In this document: one piece after another, positions 45,664-61,924 of the stretch
How positions within the stretch are numbered: the stretch's first letter is position 1
Layout of the letters: every line of letters begins with the position of its first letter
NCBI GenBank assembly: GCA_012295275.1
Contig: CM022674.1
Coordinates: 10,850,001-10,914,000, forward strand
Direction of reading: 5' to 3'
DNA: 64,000 nt
Source of the DNA: Chrysomallon squamiferum
Taxonomy: Eukaryota > Animalia > Mollusca
Notes under the pieces: model-generated
What the model was told of the DNA's origin: nothing
Databases searched by the model: none
Seen by the model: only the letters and a program-made list of their open reading frames with translations
Made by a program: the position numbers and the translations under genes

Positions 45664-45730
45664 CAAAATCTGAAAAATTCCGAATTCCAAAACATTTCCG
45701 GTCACAAGCATTTCTGATACGGGATTCTGT
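45664..45730. mobile_element. Degenerate terminus of a Tigger/MER46-like MITE
   Basis: aaaatctgaaaaattccgaattccaaaacatttccggtcacaagcatttctgatacgggat resembles, from memory, Tigger-family MITE ends; the partner TIR was not clearly found. Confidence 0.4.
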
Positions 45731-46766
45731 AAAGTAAAGTAAAGTAATAGTCATACGTTGTTTATCATTCAAATCCAAGCTGAAACTATACATTGTCTAC
45801 GAATGTAAGTAACAGCCAAACCAGACCAACATACAACTCAGTCGTCTGGCATTTTGGAGTATTATTGTGTTTGCGTTTATGTGCGTATGTGTGTGTGTGT
45901 AAGTGATGCTTGTATGTGTGTTTATAAATGTATGTATGTATCTTTGTATGCATGTATGTATATATCTATGTACGAACGTACATTACTATTTTTTTGTTTT
46001 AGACCAGGGATTTTAAAGTAAATATTTCAGACCAGGGATTTTTCTTTTTGCCTCACTGATAAAAACTATAAATATTCTCATTATAAACCTTCCTCGTCTC
46101 TTTTGGATTGGCTTACGTAACAGTTATCTCAAAGCACACAGGACAATTAAAACCGCCTTATTGGATAACACATTATATAATTTGTTTAGTTGTGTACTCT
46201 GAATTATTACAGAAGGGAAAAATTACAAATGTCCTTTTATCTCCGAGATATATCTAAACGGAAACTGTGTTACGTATATTACTTCGCAGATTATGGTTTC
46301 CATAGCAGCTAATAATTAAATCAGCTACCAATATATGTTCACATGGTTCAAAACAGAAAATAAAATATTTAAGGTGCTAAATGGAAGTTTTATTTCAACG
46401 TTCCACCTTAAATCTTTACATCTAAACACGAAAAATTAAGCGACTCCTATTCATATTTCTATTTCATCTTTAAAAGCGTTATATTTTGACAACATGGACT
46501 GTCTGGTTTAATGACTGAAATCTAGACTGAGACGCGGAGGTTCGCTGGGTCGATACTGCAGTTACGACTGTTGCCCTGTGTCACATTTCACTGCCTTGTC
46601 CACACTCTGGTCATATCACTGTGTCCTTTCCTGTTTCTCGTAAGACGTATAAAAACACATTCTTTATTGCTTCTATTATTTTTATTTTTTATAATCTTTT
46701 TACACCCGTCCATAAGGCAGTATAAAAACAAAATATATATTGCTTTCTATTATTATTATTATTATA

Positions 46767-46842
<76 letters not shown>

Positions 46843-47088
46843 ATAATAATATTTTATTATTATTATTATTATTATTACTATGATTATTTTTTTGATTATT
46901 TCTTAAATATTTTTAGTGTAGTCCACGCGGTGATGTAAGATGTATGATTGTCACAGCAGCAGCAGCCGCAGCGACAACGCCAACACAGCATTAGGTTGAC
47001 GGTGAATAAGAAGAGATCTATGGTATTAAAAATGCTGGGATTCCACCTACATTTAAAAAAATTATATATATATATATATATAAATATG

Positions 47089-47121
<33 letters not shown>

Positions 47122-47989
47122 TTGTTTTAAAACTCTAAATCTGAAAAGATGTTTCTCAGAATATAAATTTTTTTAACCTGGCTATTTCATGAAATGAGGC
47201 ATGAAACTGAAATTTAACACGTTTTTAACAAACAAGATTAGATAACCTTAATTTTTTATTTGTTTATTTATTTATAATCTTTGTTTATGTCTTTATTTAT
47301 TTATTTATTATTTTATTTTATTTCTACAGGAGAGTTATTTTGAAATAACTATTTATCTCCCATCTGAGCGAAAAAAAAACAAAAAAAAACACAAACAACA
47401 ACATAACTTCTTTTAGCGGATCATAGTAACTTAGAGCATATCTAATCTCAGCTATGGATTTCTGTGAATATAAACTTTAATTTTTATTTTAAAATTTAAT
47501 ATGATTTTTATAGTAATGCAGGAATGCTGAAAATGTCGAGTACAGTTAGCTGTTTTTTATTATTATTTTTAAAATTATTTTGTTACCGTTTATTTTTTTT
47601 ATATATATATATATATATATTTTTTTTCTCTCTTGGTTTTTCTGTAACCGCAGATATTGTACATTTTGACATTATCTAGGTTTGCGTAAGAAAAATGTTA
47701 TCATGTTCCGCCTCTTATTTTCAGTTAGTCGGCTGAATATTAAATTTCACAATCTGTACATTTCGATTAGCCTGCTTTTCAATCTGCGGTCTGAAATACA
47801 CGGTAAATATTTTACTAACGAGAAAACTGAACAAGACACTTCCTTATCTTAGCAAACATCTTAAACAGAAATTTCTAGTATTTAACTAAGTGAGTGCTTT
47901 TTGTAATTTGATTTATGTGGATTTAGTTTTTAAGTATATTATGTAAACAATCTGATTCTAACGTAAATAAAAACTATTACTATAACTGT

Positions 47990-48456
47990 TTAAATAATGA
48001 TGAAATTTGCTTATTCTTCTGTCTCATTTGTTTATTCGCCTTTTCCCTTTCTGTCATTCTTTCTTTCTGTCTTTGTTTAGGACCAAAGAGAATGGTCTTT
48101 ACTGATTCTTCTTCGTCTTCATATTATTATTATTATTATTATTATTAGTAGTAGTAGTAGTAGTAGTAGTAGTTGTAGTAGCAGCAGTTGTACTAGTAGT
48201 AGCTATAGTAGTAATAGTAGTAGTATGGTAATAATAGTAGTGGTGGTGGTGGTAGTAGTAGTAGTAGTACTACAGCTACTACTAGTATAAACCACTACCA
48301 CTACTACTACTACAACTACTACTATTACTACTACTAATAATAATATGAAGACGAAGAAGAATCAATAAAGACCAGTCTCTTTGGTCCTAAACAAAGACAG
48401 AAAGAAAGAATGAAAGAAATGGAAAAGGCGAATAAGCAAATTTCATCATTATTTAA
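47990..48456. repeat. Long inverted repeat (foldback) with a TAG/CTA microsatellite core
   Basis: 47990-~48140 is the reverse complement of ~48325-48456 (e.g. ttctgtctttgtttaggaccaaagaga / tctctttggtcctaaacaaagacagaa). Confidence 0.93.
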
Positions 48457-49367
48457 GTAAAGAGCTTGGCGGTTCTAAGACATAAACTGCAATATTGCGA
48501 GGTTTTTAAGTAAATGGGACATTAACGTTCTGTGCCTGTGGTTAAATTGGCCATTACTCCGGGCGCAAATGGAGTCAGCGATCGTCTGTCTATAATCCTA
48601 ATTTCAGACGTGATGTGGGTCAATGTGTTTATGCCCATCACTTTAGAGGAGAAAAAATAAAATGATCTTCGTTTTCTTGTCGCGAACAATTGTCGCATTT
48701 CTGCCACTAAGACTATTAGCAGACGAGTGGTCTGCACAGGCGAGATTCCACTGAAGAGATCTTCTAGGAAGAACCGGTTCTGCAAACGATAACCTGTCAC
48801 ATGGAAACAGACACGAGATCAATCGACCCGAATGTACCGACTGAAAACCCCGACTCGTCGCTCGGACAGTGTTAGCTTAACAGTGCAAGGGAAACAACTC
48901 TAACGTGATGTATTATTCAGAGGCAATGGCATCTCCGTTTTAGCAATGATGCTGTTCGATTCGATCTTCGAGATAGACAGCTTAAGTTTAGACGAAATTA
49001 AAACAAAATCATAATGACAATTGAATTGTTGGCAGGCGGAGGTAGGGTTGGGTGGGGGATAGTGATAGAGAGAGCAAAAATATCCTTGTGGGTGTTCGGT
49101 TTTCAATTACTGTGTTTCCGGAAATATTAAATTTCGTAGAATTTGCCGGTTACTGGGTTTTGAATATTGTCTTATTTGACGTGTTTTAAAAGGTACAGCC
49201 GTACTTTAAAATAATAAATATATTTCGAATTTTGGAAGATTGAAAATAAACACAGAGTATAATGATGATGTTGACAGTGTGTGTCTGTGTGTATGTTTGT
49301 GTGTGCGTATGTATGTGTGTATGTGTGTGTATGTCTGTATGTATGTGTGTGTATGTGTCTGTGTGTG

Positions 49368-49398
<31 letters not shown>

Positions 49399-49840
49399 GT
49401 ATGCGTATGTATGTGTGTGTATGTCTGTATGTATGTGTGTGTATGTGTCTGTGTGTGTGTCTGTGTATCTGTGTGTGTGTTTGTGTGTGCTTATGTATGT
49501 GTGTGTACGTCTGTATGTATGTGTGTGTCTGTGTGTGTGTGTGTGTTTCTGTGTATCTGTGTGTGTGTGTGTCTCTGTGTGTGTGTCTGTGTCTGTGTAT
49601 CTCTCTGTGTGTGTGTCTGTGCAGGACGGCTCAAGGTACCGGTGGCTTGGACAGTTGCCAAGGAGGGCGCCACATCGTGTGTTTGAGATCTTCCATTAAT
49701 AAAATTTCATTAATAATATTCTTTCTGTTATTGTGATCCAAATGTCAGAAAAAAGGCACTATGGAAATTACACGCCAGGAAGCCGATAACAGTTGTCAGA
49801 ACCGCCAACAGCGTTAATGTCGACTCCTGAGTGTGTGTGT

Positions 49841-50138
<298 letters not shown>

Positions 50139-50846
50139 CTAAACTGTTTCAGACTGGTAGACAAATCAGGTTAGATGGTATTAAATGTATATGACTGATA
50201 AAAATAATCAGAGTTGGTTTCATCATCACTGAGTGGGGCTAGCAAATAATTATGAAAAAAAAAAAAAAAAAAAAAATAACACTATTGCTTTAATTGGGCG
50301 TTCATGAATCGAATTTTTACTTCTAAATTAAATTATATTTTAGACCAGTAATTTCTAAAATGAACTGAACTAATTCCGTGTCTTGTTATATTTTATTTTG
50401 TTCCGAGATTAAATTAATTAGTTTTGATCGGTCATGCATGACATAATTAGCATAATCATTTCCTGTGCTGTTAAACTGATAATTCATCTTTTTGATAACC
50501 TGGCACCAAAACGTCTGTTTATGTGTTTCAAACACGTAACAAGCACGTCGTTTGTAGAACGTTCCCGTGTTTCGTAATTTCGGCATGGCAAACTCAGCTT
50601 TCGCAGGTTTTTTGCACTAAGCAGCAATATTTTCGATTCACAAAATGGCACTGTACCAATAATTAATTCAATGTCTGACTTTAGCAAAACAAAAATGTTT
50701 TCTTTCTTGTTTTTGTCATTTCTTTTTCGCTCTACGTGGATATAAGTCAAATATATTTGTGTAGCAATAACCTCCGAGAAATGAAATTCACTGTTGCGAT
50801 TTTCTGTAATTCTCTGAAACGCATACTGTGATCTTCACACACTCAA

Positions 50847-50932
<86 letters not shown>

Positions 50933-51239
50933 TCCATGTCTCTAGATTTGTCCATACAGTTGCACGTATAAATACTAACTGTCTTATCCTGTTAGTGCGC
51001 AGGATTCAATCAAAACACATTCAAAGTCCCCGTCATATTTTACTAAAAGAAAGTATCAGCATTATTATAGGTCAAGTAGACCGCGAATAGGAAATGTGTT
51101 TTGTCATGTATTACGTAAGTGTGTGTGTCTGTGTGTGTGTGTTTGTGTATACGTGTGTGTGTGTGTTTGTGTGCATTGAAGATTCATTGAGAATCCATTA
51201 TTTAAAATGATTGAGACTTGAAGTGTTTCAGATTCCAGA

Positions 51240-51321
<82 letters not shown>

Positions 51322-52469
51322 ACCTATCTATCTGTAACGTTAAAGTATAGATTCTAGTATATGTTAATACATTACTGGAATAAATAAAAAGTCAAAGAAA
51401 ACCTACCAATTTAAAATACACAATTGTCTGCCTGTTTATTGTGATTTAAATCTGTTTTAATTATAATTTTTAACTTACACGTTGCCATCATGCGGAAAGA
51501 ATGGAGAGCTGATTACAGTAGAATGACGTCATAAGTAAATGACGTAATGAGCATTGATAACGTAATCTGAAACTAACGCTATAATTCTATTGCTATTATA
51601 ACAGCTCTTTCAGAAGTTCGTTTTATAATCTTGGGTAGGTAGATTCAAATCCGCAGACCTTACTATAAGCCTATAAGCCGTTTTCTTTCTAGATAATAAT
51701 ACCATTTCTTGCAGAACAAAGTACAAAAATCTTCACTAATGTAAATTTATTAAAACGATTTGGTTGTCCACAATGCACTCAGTCTGTTAGGGTTTTTGTT
51801 TACTTCACCTTTATGATAAAACTGACATCTCCCTATTCTTACTATTTCATTGTTATTTATGCAAATAGACGCACACAAACACATACACATATACAAACGT
51901 AAACATACACTTATATAGACCTGTATATTATGTATATATGTATGTGTACATGTATGTATGCGTGTGTATTTGTATGTATATATGTATGTATTTATGTTTG
52001 TGTGTATGTATGTATGTATGTATGTATGTATGTATGTGTGAATGTATGTATGTATATTTGTATGTATATATGTATGTATGTATGTATGTACTAATTTCAG
52101 TTTCAGTATGTTTAATGTCATTATCGGCCTTGAGTTTACCTTCATAAGTTCTATTGTGATGGTGAATGTGTGTGTGAGTGTATATGTATATGCGTGTGAG
52201 TGTGTGTGTGAGTGTGTGTATGTATATGCGTTTGAGTGTGTGTGTCTGAGTGCATGTGTGTCTGTGAACGTGTGTGTGTGGTGTGTGTATTTATACAATT
52301 TAACTGTTGTTTACAAATATAAACATACCACACAGTGCTAGACTTGACAAACAGTCAGTTTCACAATTACTCACATGTGTTTGTACCTTTGATGTTAAGT
52401 CTGGCTGTTATTAAAATCTCCCTTGTACACCCCTTTCCGAAATCCAATACATTACAATAAATAAACAAC

Positions 52470-52561
52470 CATTACAACACATTAAAACACATTACAACAC
52501 ATTAAAACACATTACAACACATTAAAACTAATTAAAACACATTACAACGCATTAAAACACA
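52470..52561. repeat. 10/20-bp tandem repeat
   Basis: acattaaaac / acattacaac alternation. Confidence 0.8.
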
Positions 52562-53317
52562 TCAGAACGACCCTTTACCTCATTGTTTATTAAAATATAC
52601 ATCCAACATTATACAGATATTATTTATATATTTTAATTGTTTCGTTGATTAGAATCACCCAACCTTTGCTAACAATAAAACATCTTCAGTAAAACAATAA
52701 TCTTGTGAGATTCGTGTTATTTTCAGTTTTATCATTAAATTATTTTGTAAAATATCTAAGCTCAGTATGTCGTCAATAAACATATATACATACAAACAGA
52801 CACAAAAAAAATACGCATACATATACGCACACATACGCACACGCACACAGAAACTACATCTGAATTTATTTCCATCATGTAGCATCTACAGTTCATTATC
52901 GCGTCGTATTTTGTTCTTCGCAGTTAGACTATTTTCTCTCGAGACTGGTTTAGGATATTAAGTTCCTCAAATATAACAGTAAGTGTGACATTTAAATTTC
53001 GCTCAGGCCAGTGGCAGTGTTTGACCTTTGCTGACCCTTGACCTATTTAACATACAAGCTCGACTCTAAGGTTTGCTATGGCTTCCATATGTTTGAAAAC
53101 GTTTCATGATGTTAATAATAATTTCCGTTTTCTTACTTCTGTTTACTGATACAGATCAAAACAGTTTATTTACCTTAAAAAAAAAGAAAAAGAAGAAAAA
53201 AAAAGAAATAACAAGATCGTCTGGAAGTTTTAATTCTTTAAACAGCAGACCTCACATACATACATAAACGAAACATACATTTATCTATCTATCTATCTAT
53301 CTGTCTATCTATATAGC

Positions 53318-53374
<57 letters not shown>

Positions 53375-54135
53375 CTACACACACAGAATCAATTCCAGCT
53401 TCATTATTTTCCTCTGATAATGCGTGAAATGGTCAAGTAAGTCTGTACAATGATGTTATGAATAAATCTTTTAGATAAACTAAATTTCTGTCTTCTTACT
53501 GTGAATCTTAGGCTCAGTAATTTCAGAAATATAGAAAAACTTCCTGTAATTTTTTGAAATATGACGAAATAAATAAATCATGGGAAATTAAACTTATGAA
53601 TTTCATAATAATTTTTGGCGAATCATGTTTGTATCTTATCGAAATCTATTTAACAGATTCAATAATATTTTAAGTCCTTACCAATTAAAAACAAAATTAA
53701 AGTCATGTCCTTGAATAAATTATCTTAAGAAAATACATATTTTAAAATCTTAAGAAATTTATAGAAAGCTTTAGTCATATTTTCCTTAAACAACAACAAA
53801 ACAAAACAAAATAAAATAGGATAAACTAAAATCAAAATAAATAAATACTAATAATTAATTTAACATAAAACATAATTAAATAAAATTAAAATATAAAGGA
53901 AAAAGAAAAGATTTAAAACGACTTATAGTTGACAAACGAATCCACCATGGAAGGAGTTAATTCTGTTATCTCGGTAACTAAAATTGTATCGACAAATAAA
54001 TGTACAAACACTTCAAGTTGTTCCGATTATTGTCAGATCGATAAATCGCTTTCGACATTTTGTTTAATGATATCACCACATTACCAGCACATATTCTTAT
54101 ACAGGCAACGTCAACATGCAGAAGAAAACAAAATG

Positions 54136-54262
<127 letters not shown>

Positions 54263-54481
54263 CTGTCTGTGTCTCTGCACGTTCTCTCAAACACACAAAA
54301 GATTTTAGATCTGATAAAGAAAAACACTGAAATAACTTGTCTAAATTCCCATTGTTTATTTATTTTGTTATTGTTTAAAAAATTACAGGAATTTTTTTGT
54401 TCTAAAAATTACTGAGCCTAAAAATTCACAGTAGAACACAGACATTTAGTTTATTTAAACGATCAGTATTTATTCTTTTTA

Positions 54482-54524
<43 letters not shown>

Positions 54525-54779
54525 TATTTTTGTTTTAAAAATGACAAGAATTTTTCTGTTATTCATTTTAAAAATATTTGCTCCCTTTGTCGTTGTAAGG
54601 AACATTTTTTAAAATTTATTTCTCCAGAGTAGAAATTTACGACTATAGTATATCAGTTTTTATCTAGAACAGTGACACACACAAAGTTTGCTTTAAAAAA
54701 TGTTCTCAACCTGCAAGCGCCAGTACGGCATTTGTATTCAAGTTTGTTATTTTAATATGTAAACTGATAATTCTTTAAT

Positions 54780-54900
<121 letters not shown>

Positions 54901-56540
54901 AATGGAAAAGAAAGACAGACAAGACTGTTAATCCATTATCAGCAAAAAGTTACATTTACAAATAAAAAATAAAAAAAATAAAAAACGTTAAGAAATATTT
55001 AATTTCTAACACATTCTGACATCATTATAAACAAATAATAGATAACTGTGATTAAATAAATCTCCTTTTTTAAAATTACTTATGTGGCAAATCCAGAAAT
55101 TATGAAAAGGTGGGACTATTGCCATAATGGTGGATGTAAAATTAATAAAATAAAAAACTAATAATACAAAAGTATTCACTTTGAAACGAGAGAGCACAAT
55201 TCTGGAACCGCGTGTAAGATTTTAATTAGGGAAAGCTTTGTAATGCAGACCTATCTTCAAAACATGCCACTTCACCGTACAATGGACAGGTTACTGTGTT
55301 TTCTCCTGTACACATTTAAAATAATTACCTTTTAAATTGTTAAAAAACAACAAAAAACAACCAAGCTATTGTATTACATACGCAGAGAATATGGATAGTG
55401 AAGAAAAAAGCTTAGGAAAACAAATTTCTTTTTCTTTTAGTATTTATTTATAAAGCACAAATGTTAAAAAAATTAGTTTTAAAGGAGAGGGAGTACATCT
55501 TAGAACCGCAAATTTTAACAAGCGAAGTTGTTTTATACAAATATTCTTGACGTTAAATTAATCATACAGTGTCTTAACTCATGTTCATGTCGCACACATA
55601 TATATATATCACCTGGTAAAAGTTAATTTTTTAAATTATCAGGGAATAATGTAGATAAAAAATGACTGAATGTGTGTCTATGTCTATACACACACAAACA
55701 CACATACACACACACACTCATATATATATATATATATACACATACATACGTACACACACACACGCATGCACACACATTCACACACACCCTCGGTTTCTGT
55801 ATATTTATAAACTAATGCTTATTTACAAATTCTGTTTTCGTTTAATGCATAGTGTAGATATATTTTATAAGTATAAAAAATAAAATTTTGCTTTTAGTAT
55901 ACAAATTTAATTATAATTTATAAACTTCTATTATTAACTTTGTTGAAAAAATACTCTATTTGAAAGACATAAACAGAAATTTACAGTTTTAATTTACAAA
56001 TTTAATTATAATTTATAAACTTCTGTTGTAAAAGTATACTATTTGAAAGACATAAACAGAAATTTATGGTTAAAAGCTAAAGCTTTTATTTCATTTATCT
56101 ATTTATTATAATTTTTTTTTAACGAAAATAGACCAATGCATTGCAAAAAGATTTTAAAATTTTTTAAATTCTTCTTATTTTATTTTAAATTTATTTCATT
56201 TTCATTTTCTTTTCTATTTTGTTTCACTTCATTTTATTTTATTTTATTTTAATTGAAGTAAACAAAATAACGGATTGAAAAAAGATTTACAAAACGTAAA
56301 AGAATCTTCAAAAAACAACTTTCTTTTATTTTTTATTTTTCCTTGAATTATCTTTTTGAAAGAAACGTTTTTGTAAAACGGTATAGGTTTTATATATGGA
56401 TTATTTTATGTTGTTCTTTCTCTTTTTTTTTCTTTGTTTATTTGACCTAGCATTCAAATATTGAAGTTATAAAACTTTCTTTTAAAAGACACTATCTTTG
56501 ATGCTTCGCTCGTCTTAACTTAAGATATATCTTTAAAATG

Positions 56541-56576
<36 letters not shown>

Positions 56577-57543
56577 GCTGTTGTTGTTGTTTGTGCATGT
56601 TCGTGGCTTGCGCCGAATGAGCCTTTGTTTGTGTGTGTAGATAATTGCGTCTGTGTATGTGTGTGCGTGCGTGTGCTTGCGTGTGTATATATATATATAT
56701 ATATAGTCCACTATTCTTTTCGTTTATTATTGTTACTTTCTTAACTTTCGTCAATCTTTCCGATTAATGACTTTCAGCAAAAATCTTTGATCATAATTGA
56801 AGAATTCTCTATATTTATTTACATACCGTTATAGAATTGCTAATTTATGATTCCTGAAGACAGTGTCCGACCTTTATGAATTGTTTCCAATGACAACAAG
56901 GTTGTTTTGTTCCTGGCAAGCTCGAGGCACCATTCCGAGATGTTTGCCTTCGGCACATTCCGTCAAGTGGAAACGGATGACACCGCTCACCTTCGTGAAC
57001 TTTACGAAATGCCAAACTGGTGATCAAACCTTTTTGTTTTCAGTGATTTTTTTTATCAACTATTTTTTCTTTTCGTTTATTTTTCTACTTCATCATTCTT
57101 TTTTATAGCGGAAAAAGATAAACAGCTTCGTCAAGGAATTACTTTTTGTACGTCCGTCTGTCTCTCTGTATCTATATATTTACCTGTTTGTCTCTCTGTC
57201 TATGTATCTACCTGTCTGTCTGTCTTTCTGTCTCACTGTCTCTGACTGTGTTGTTGTCTCGTGTAGGCACACACAAACAAACATACGTATGTGTCTATGT
57301 ATGTACGTATATTTGTATACTTATATGCCCTTTTATATGGTATATATGTAAAATGCCTGCATGTAGACGTGCGTATATACATATATGCACTGATCACAAA
57401 TGCTCGCATGCATCGTACAAAGAAATGTAAATTACACAGAAGATAGAACAGAGAACGTGTACAGAGAATTGTAAATTACAGAGAAGAGAAACATAATTAT
57501 ACACACAAATATACACACACGAACACACACAAATATAAACATC

Positions 57544-58203
57544 AATGTAAATTACAGAGAACTGTGTACAAAGTTGTTCTGACAGATAAATGTAAATTAC
57601 AGAGAACTGTGTACAAAGTTGTTCTGACAGATAAATGTAAATTACAGAGAACTGTGTACATTTGTTATGACAGAGAAATATAAATTACAGAGAACTGTGT
57701 ACAGTTGTTCTGACAGAAAAATGTAAATTACAGAGAACTGTGTACATTTGTTATGACAGAGAAATATAAATTACAGAGAACTGTGTACAGTTGTTCTGAC
57801 AGAAAAATGTAAATTACAGAGAACTGTGTACAGTGTTGTTGTGACAGAGAAATGTAAATTACAGAGAAATGTAAATTACAGAGAACTGTGTACAGAGTTG
57901 TTCTGACAGAAAAATGTAAATTACAGAGAACTGTGTATAGTGTTGTTGTGACAGAGAAATGTAAATTACAGAGAACTGTGTATAGTGTTGTTGTGACAGA
58001 GAAATGTAAATTACAGAGAACTGACAGAGAAATGTAAATTACAGAGAACTGTGTGTTGTTCTGACAGAAAAATGTAAATTACAGAGAACTGTGTACAGAG
58101 TTGTTGTGACAGAGAAATGTAAATTACAGAGAACTGTGTACAGAGTTGTTCTGACAGAAAAATGTAAATTACAGAGAACTGTGTACAGAGTTGTTCTGAC
58201 AGA
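57544..58203. repeat. ~40-43-bp minisatellite, ~16 copies, with degenerate flanking copies
   Basis: Unit aaatgtaaattacagagaactgtgtacagagttgttctgacaga. Confidence 0.93.
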
Positions 58204-58409
58204 CGCGGTTATCAGATGTTAACGTTTAGTGACACAAAATGTAAATTACACAAGAGAACGTCATCAGAGAACCAGTTGTTCTGACATTACACATTTTCAA
58301 AGTTGTTCTACACTATTTTCACATTTTCGTTTCTCTCTCTCTCTAACAGTCAACTCTCTCTCTCACCTCTCTCTCTCTCTCACATTTTCAAAATTCTCTC
58401 TCTCTTTAA

Positions 58410-58583
<174 letters not shown>

Positions 58584-58876
58584 CCCCTAATCTATTTCTT
58601 TCAACGCAACTCTTTTTGCTAAAATCATATCGTTAACTGAATCAGTGTTGTTTCTACATTACGGTTTGTTTTTATTTGAGCTTATTTTAAGCCAAACGAT
58701 ATCTATTATATTTTTTCATTTTTAAAATGGAAAGAAGAAGAAGAAGAAAAAGGTATGGTGAATAAGAATAAGAAGAACATTAAATAGAAAAAAAACAAAA
58801 AACAACATAGCAATGTATCATAAATATATATATATATATTTAAATATGACGATATTAAAAAAAAGTCAGGTCTTAC

Positions 58877-58950
58877 CTGAAGGTGTTTTCTGATAAAGTT
58901 ATATCAGCGCTCTTTATTCCGGACCCGTTTTCGTACTTTGTCTCCTCCAT
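58877..58950 (-). CDS. Neprilysin candidate alternative first coding exon 1c (MEETKYENGSGIKSADITLSENTF)
   Basis: AGA-ATG-G context, 24 codons + AG, strong donor CAG|GTAAGA, phase 2; locally GC/CpG-richer. Confidence 0.65.
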
Positions 58951-60691
58951 TCTGTAAACGCGGCAATGTGACGTCTGCTCGATTGGTGAATGTCTCACGT
59001 GCCAGGGTCACCTCATCAAACTGACGTCTGCTTAGAGGACCTGGTAAGCGTACCGTTCGTTTCAGAGAAACTCGCCAGCTCTTGAAGGAAAAAAAGGCCG
59101 GGGATAAAAAAAATAAAGAAAGAAAAGTTTTTGTCATGCTATGTGTATCTGTGTGGCCCGCATAAGAAATAAAAACCTGCAGCGTTAATGAAAGACATTT
59201 CTAAAAAGAAAAAAGATAGGGAAAACATTTATTTCATCCAGGCAGATTTTGATTTGTATTTGTATGATTAAAAACTTTTCTTTGTACATCCCACAATCCG
59301 ACCATTCATCCATCTATCCACCTCTCTGTGTTTGTATCTATCCATCTTTCTATTTATCTGTCTATCGTTCTATCCATCCACACACATTCATAAATTTACA
59401 GACATACATATAAACACAACACACAAATGTACACATATGTAGCAATACACACACATACACACATATACACATACATAAACACATACACACTCCATAAATA
59501 CACATATACGTACGCACAAGCGCTTTTTGTTCATCGATTACAGTGAAAGTTGTTTTAGATTGTATAGGAATTTGTAATACATATAATTTACAAATGTTTA
59601 AGAAATTAAAGATATTAACTTTAATTAAATATTTTAAACAAATATAAAACTTATGCTTTATTTTTCATTTTTGCACACTGAGTTCTTTGACTGGTCTGTC
59701 TGTAAACCCTAACTCGTCTGTATACCCCCCGACTCCTTTCTGCCCCTCTCAACTTCAAGAATATTTCTTTTCTAGTTTTTTCAATCGTTGTTACCACCTC
59801 TTCCTTTTTCTTTTAGTCATATTTTAAAAACAAAACAATATCAATTGATTCCTTCTGATTTCGCTGAACGTAGAGTAACATTAACTGAAGGGTCCTTGAA
59901 ACACCGCGAAAGCCGGTCAACAACCGTCTAAAACTGTGCGATGATGGTTTTATGGCTCTTCAAGTGATGTAGCTATGGCGAACCACTAGAAGAACAATCA
60001 ACAAGTTTTATTCCTCTTGAACAAGAACACACATTTCAGTAATGCATCCAAGGATTTCACCAGAGGGGGGTGGGTAAAGAAAAAAGAAAAAAGTTCTTCT
60101 TAAATAAAAAGTATTATGTTGTCTGCCTGCCTCTCTGTCCGTCAGTCTGTCTGCCTGTACGTCGTTATAACACTAACAGCGATGTGAAAGAAGCATTTTC
60201 ACTCAACTAACTTTCTTGTTTTGTTTTCTCTGTCCCACCGTCTGTTGTCGTGTCTGTCTGTTTATCAACCTATTTACTCTCTGACTATTTCTGTGTCCAC
60301 CTGTTTTTTATATTCACATGTGTGTCTGGGTATATGTTGGTGTATATGTCCGTCTGACACACGATCTTTTTTGTGTGTCTGTCAGTCGTTTTTTTTTATT
60401 CACTGCTACGTCAGTTAGAGCTGTTTCTTTAGTGTGTTTGTATGTGTGTGTATGTGTGTTTGTGTGTGTATCTGTGGTTGTGTGTGCGTGTTTGTGAGTG
60501 TGTGTGTGCGTGCGTGTGTGCGTATGTATGTGTATGTATGTGTTCATGTGTTTGTGTGTATATATATATATATATAAAACGAGAATGATTTGAAAAAATG
60601 ATGATGTATTTCGATAGCGAATTGTCTTAATCCATTTATACAGAATAGCTCTGCTCTTTGTCAATAATAATGATAACAACAACAACAACAA

Positions 60692-60725
<34 letters not shown>

Positions 60726-61807
60726 GAATAAAAACATTACAAAATATATAAAAATTAAAAATAATAAAAGAGGAATGAGAGGAAATGTAAAATATTATCA
60801 TTGTTACAAGTGTCTTCATCATATCATTAGATATAATTTTGGCGCCTCAGTATTAATGTCTTTAGTAATGCTATATAAATTACTCTGTGTTCATAACATA
60901 AGCTAACTGAATAATGGTGATGATAACGTTTATGAATATGGTACAGTAATGATAACAACAACAACAAACAAACAACAACAACAGCAGCAGCGACAACAAT
61001 AAACAGCAATAGTAGACTTCTTGATCTAATATTTATTTAAAACCAAAGATTCTAGAAATAGTCACGAATAACATTTATAAAATACAAATGAGAAAGAAAC
61101 TTTATTTGATGTCCTGTTAAATGTGATTCGCATGTAAAGTTGAAAAACATGAATACCTGTATTTATCTTTTTAAATACGTAAATAAAATATAAAGGTGTG
61201 GGTTGCTATGTATGAAAACTAACTTATATGTAGTATTATTACTTAGTATATGAACCAAATACACATTATGATTATTATTATTAGTGTCGTTGCTGTTGTT
61301 GTCGTTGTCGTCGATGTTCTTATTCTGTTTATTATTTAAAGAGAAGAAGAATTTGTTGACAGAACACTTACTGTGTAGAAAAGTAAATCAATCTTGTGTA
61401 AGTGTTGGATGACAAAAGTTATAACTGATACGTTAAGAAAAGTGGTTGTTTATTTTATAAATCTGTGTCATAAGTGAAAATATTGTTTACTGGTTGTTTG
61501 CTCTGCACTTAAAACAAAAATTAACATCTACTGTACTTTCCTTTTTCTTTTTCCTTGTTTTCTCCCATTTCTTTATATGTTTTATATAAATACATACAAA
61601 CATACGTACATACATACAAATACATGTATATACATACGAATACATACATACATATATATATACACACATACATACGTACATACATACATACATACAAATA
61701 CATGTATATACATACATACATACATACATACATACATACATACATACATACATACAAATATACATACATACATATATATACACACACACCCATACATACA
61801 CACATAC

Positions 61808-61924
<117 letters not shown>

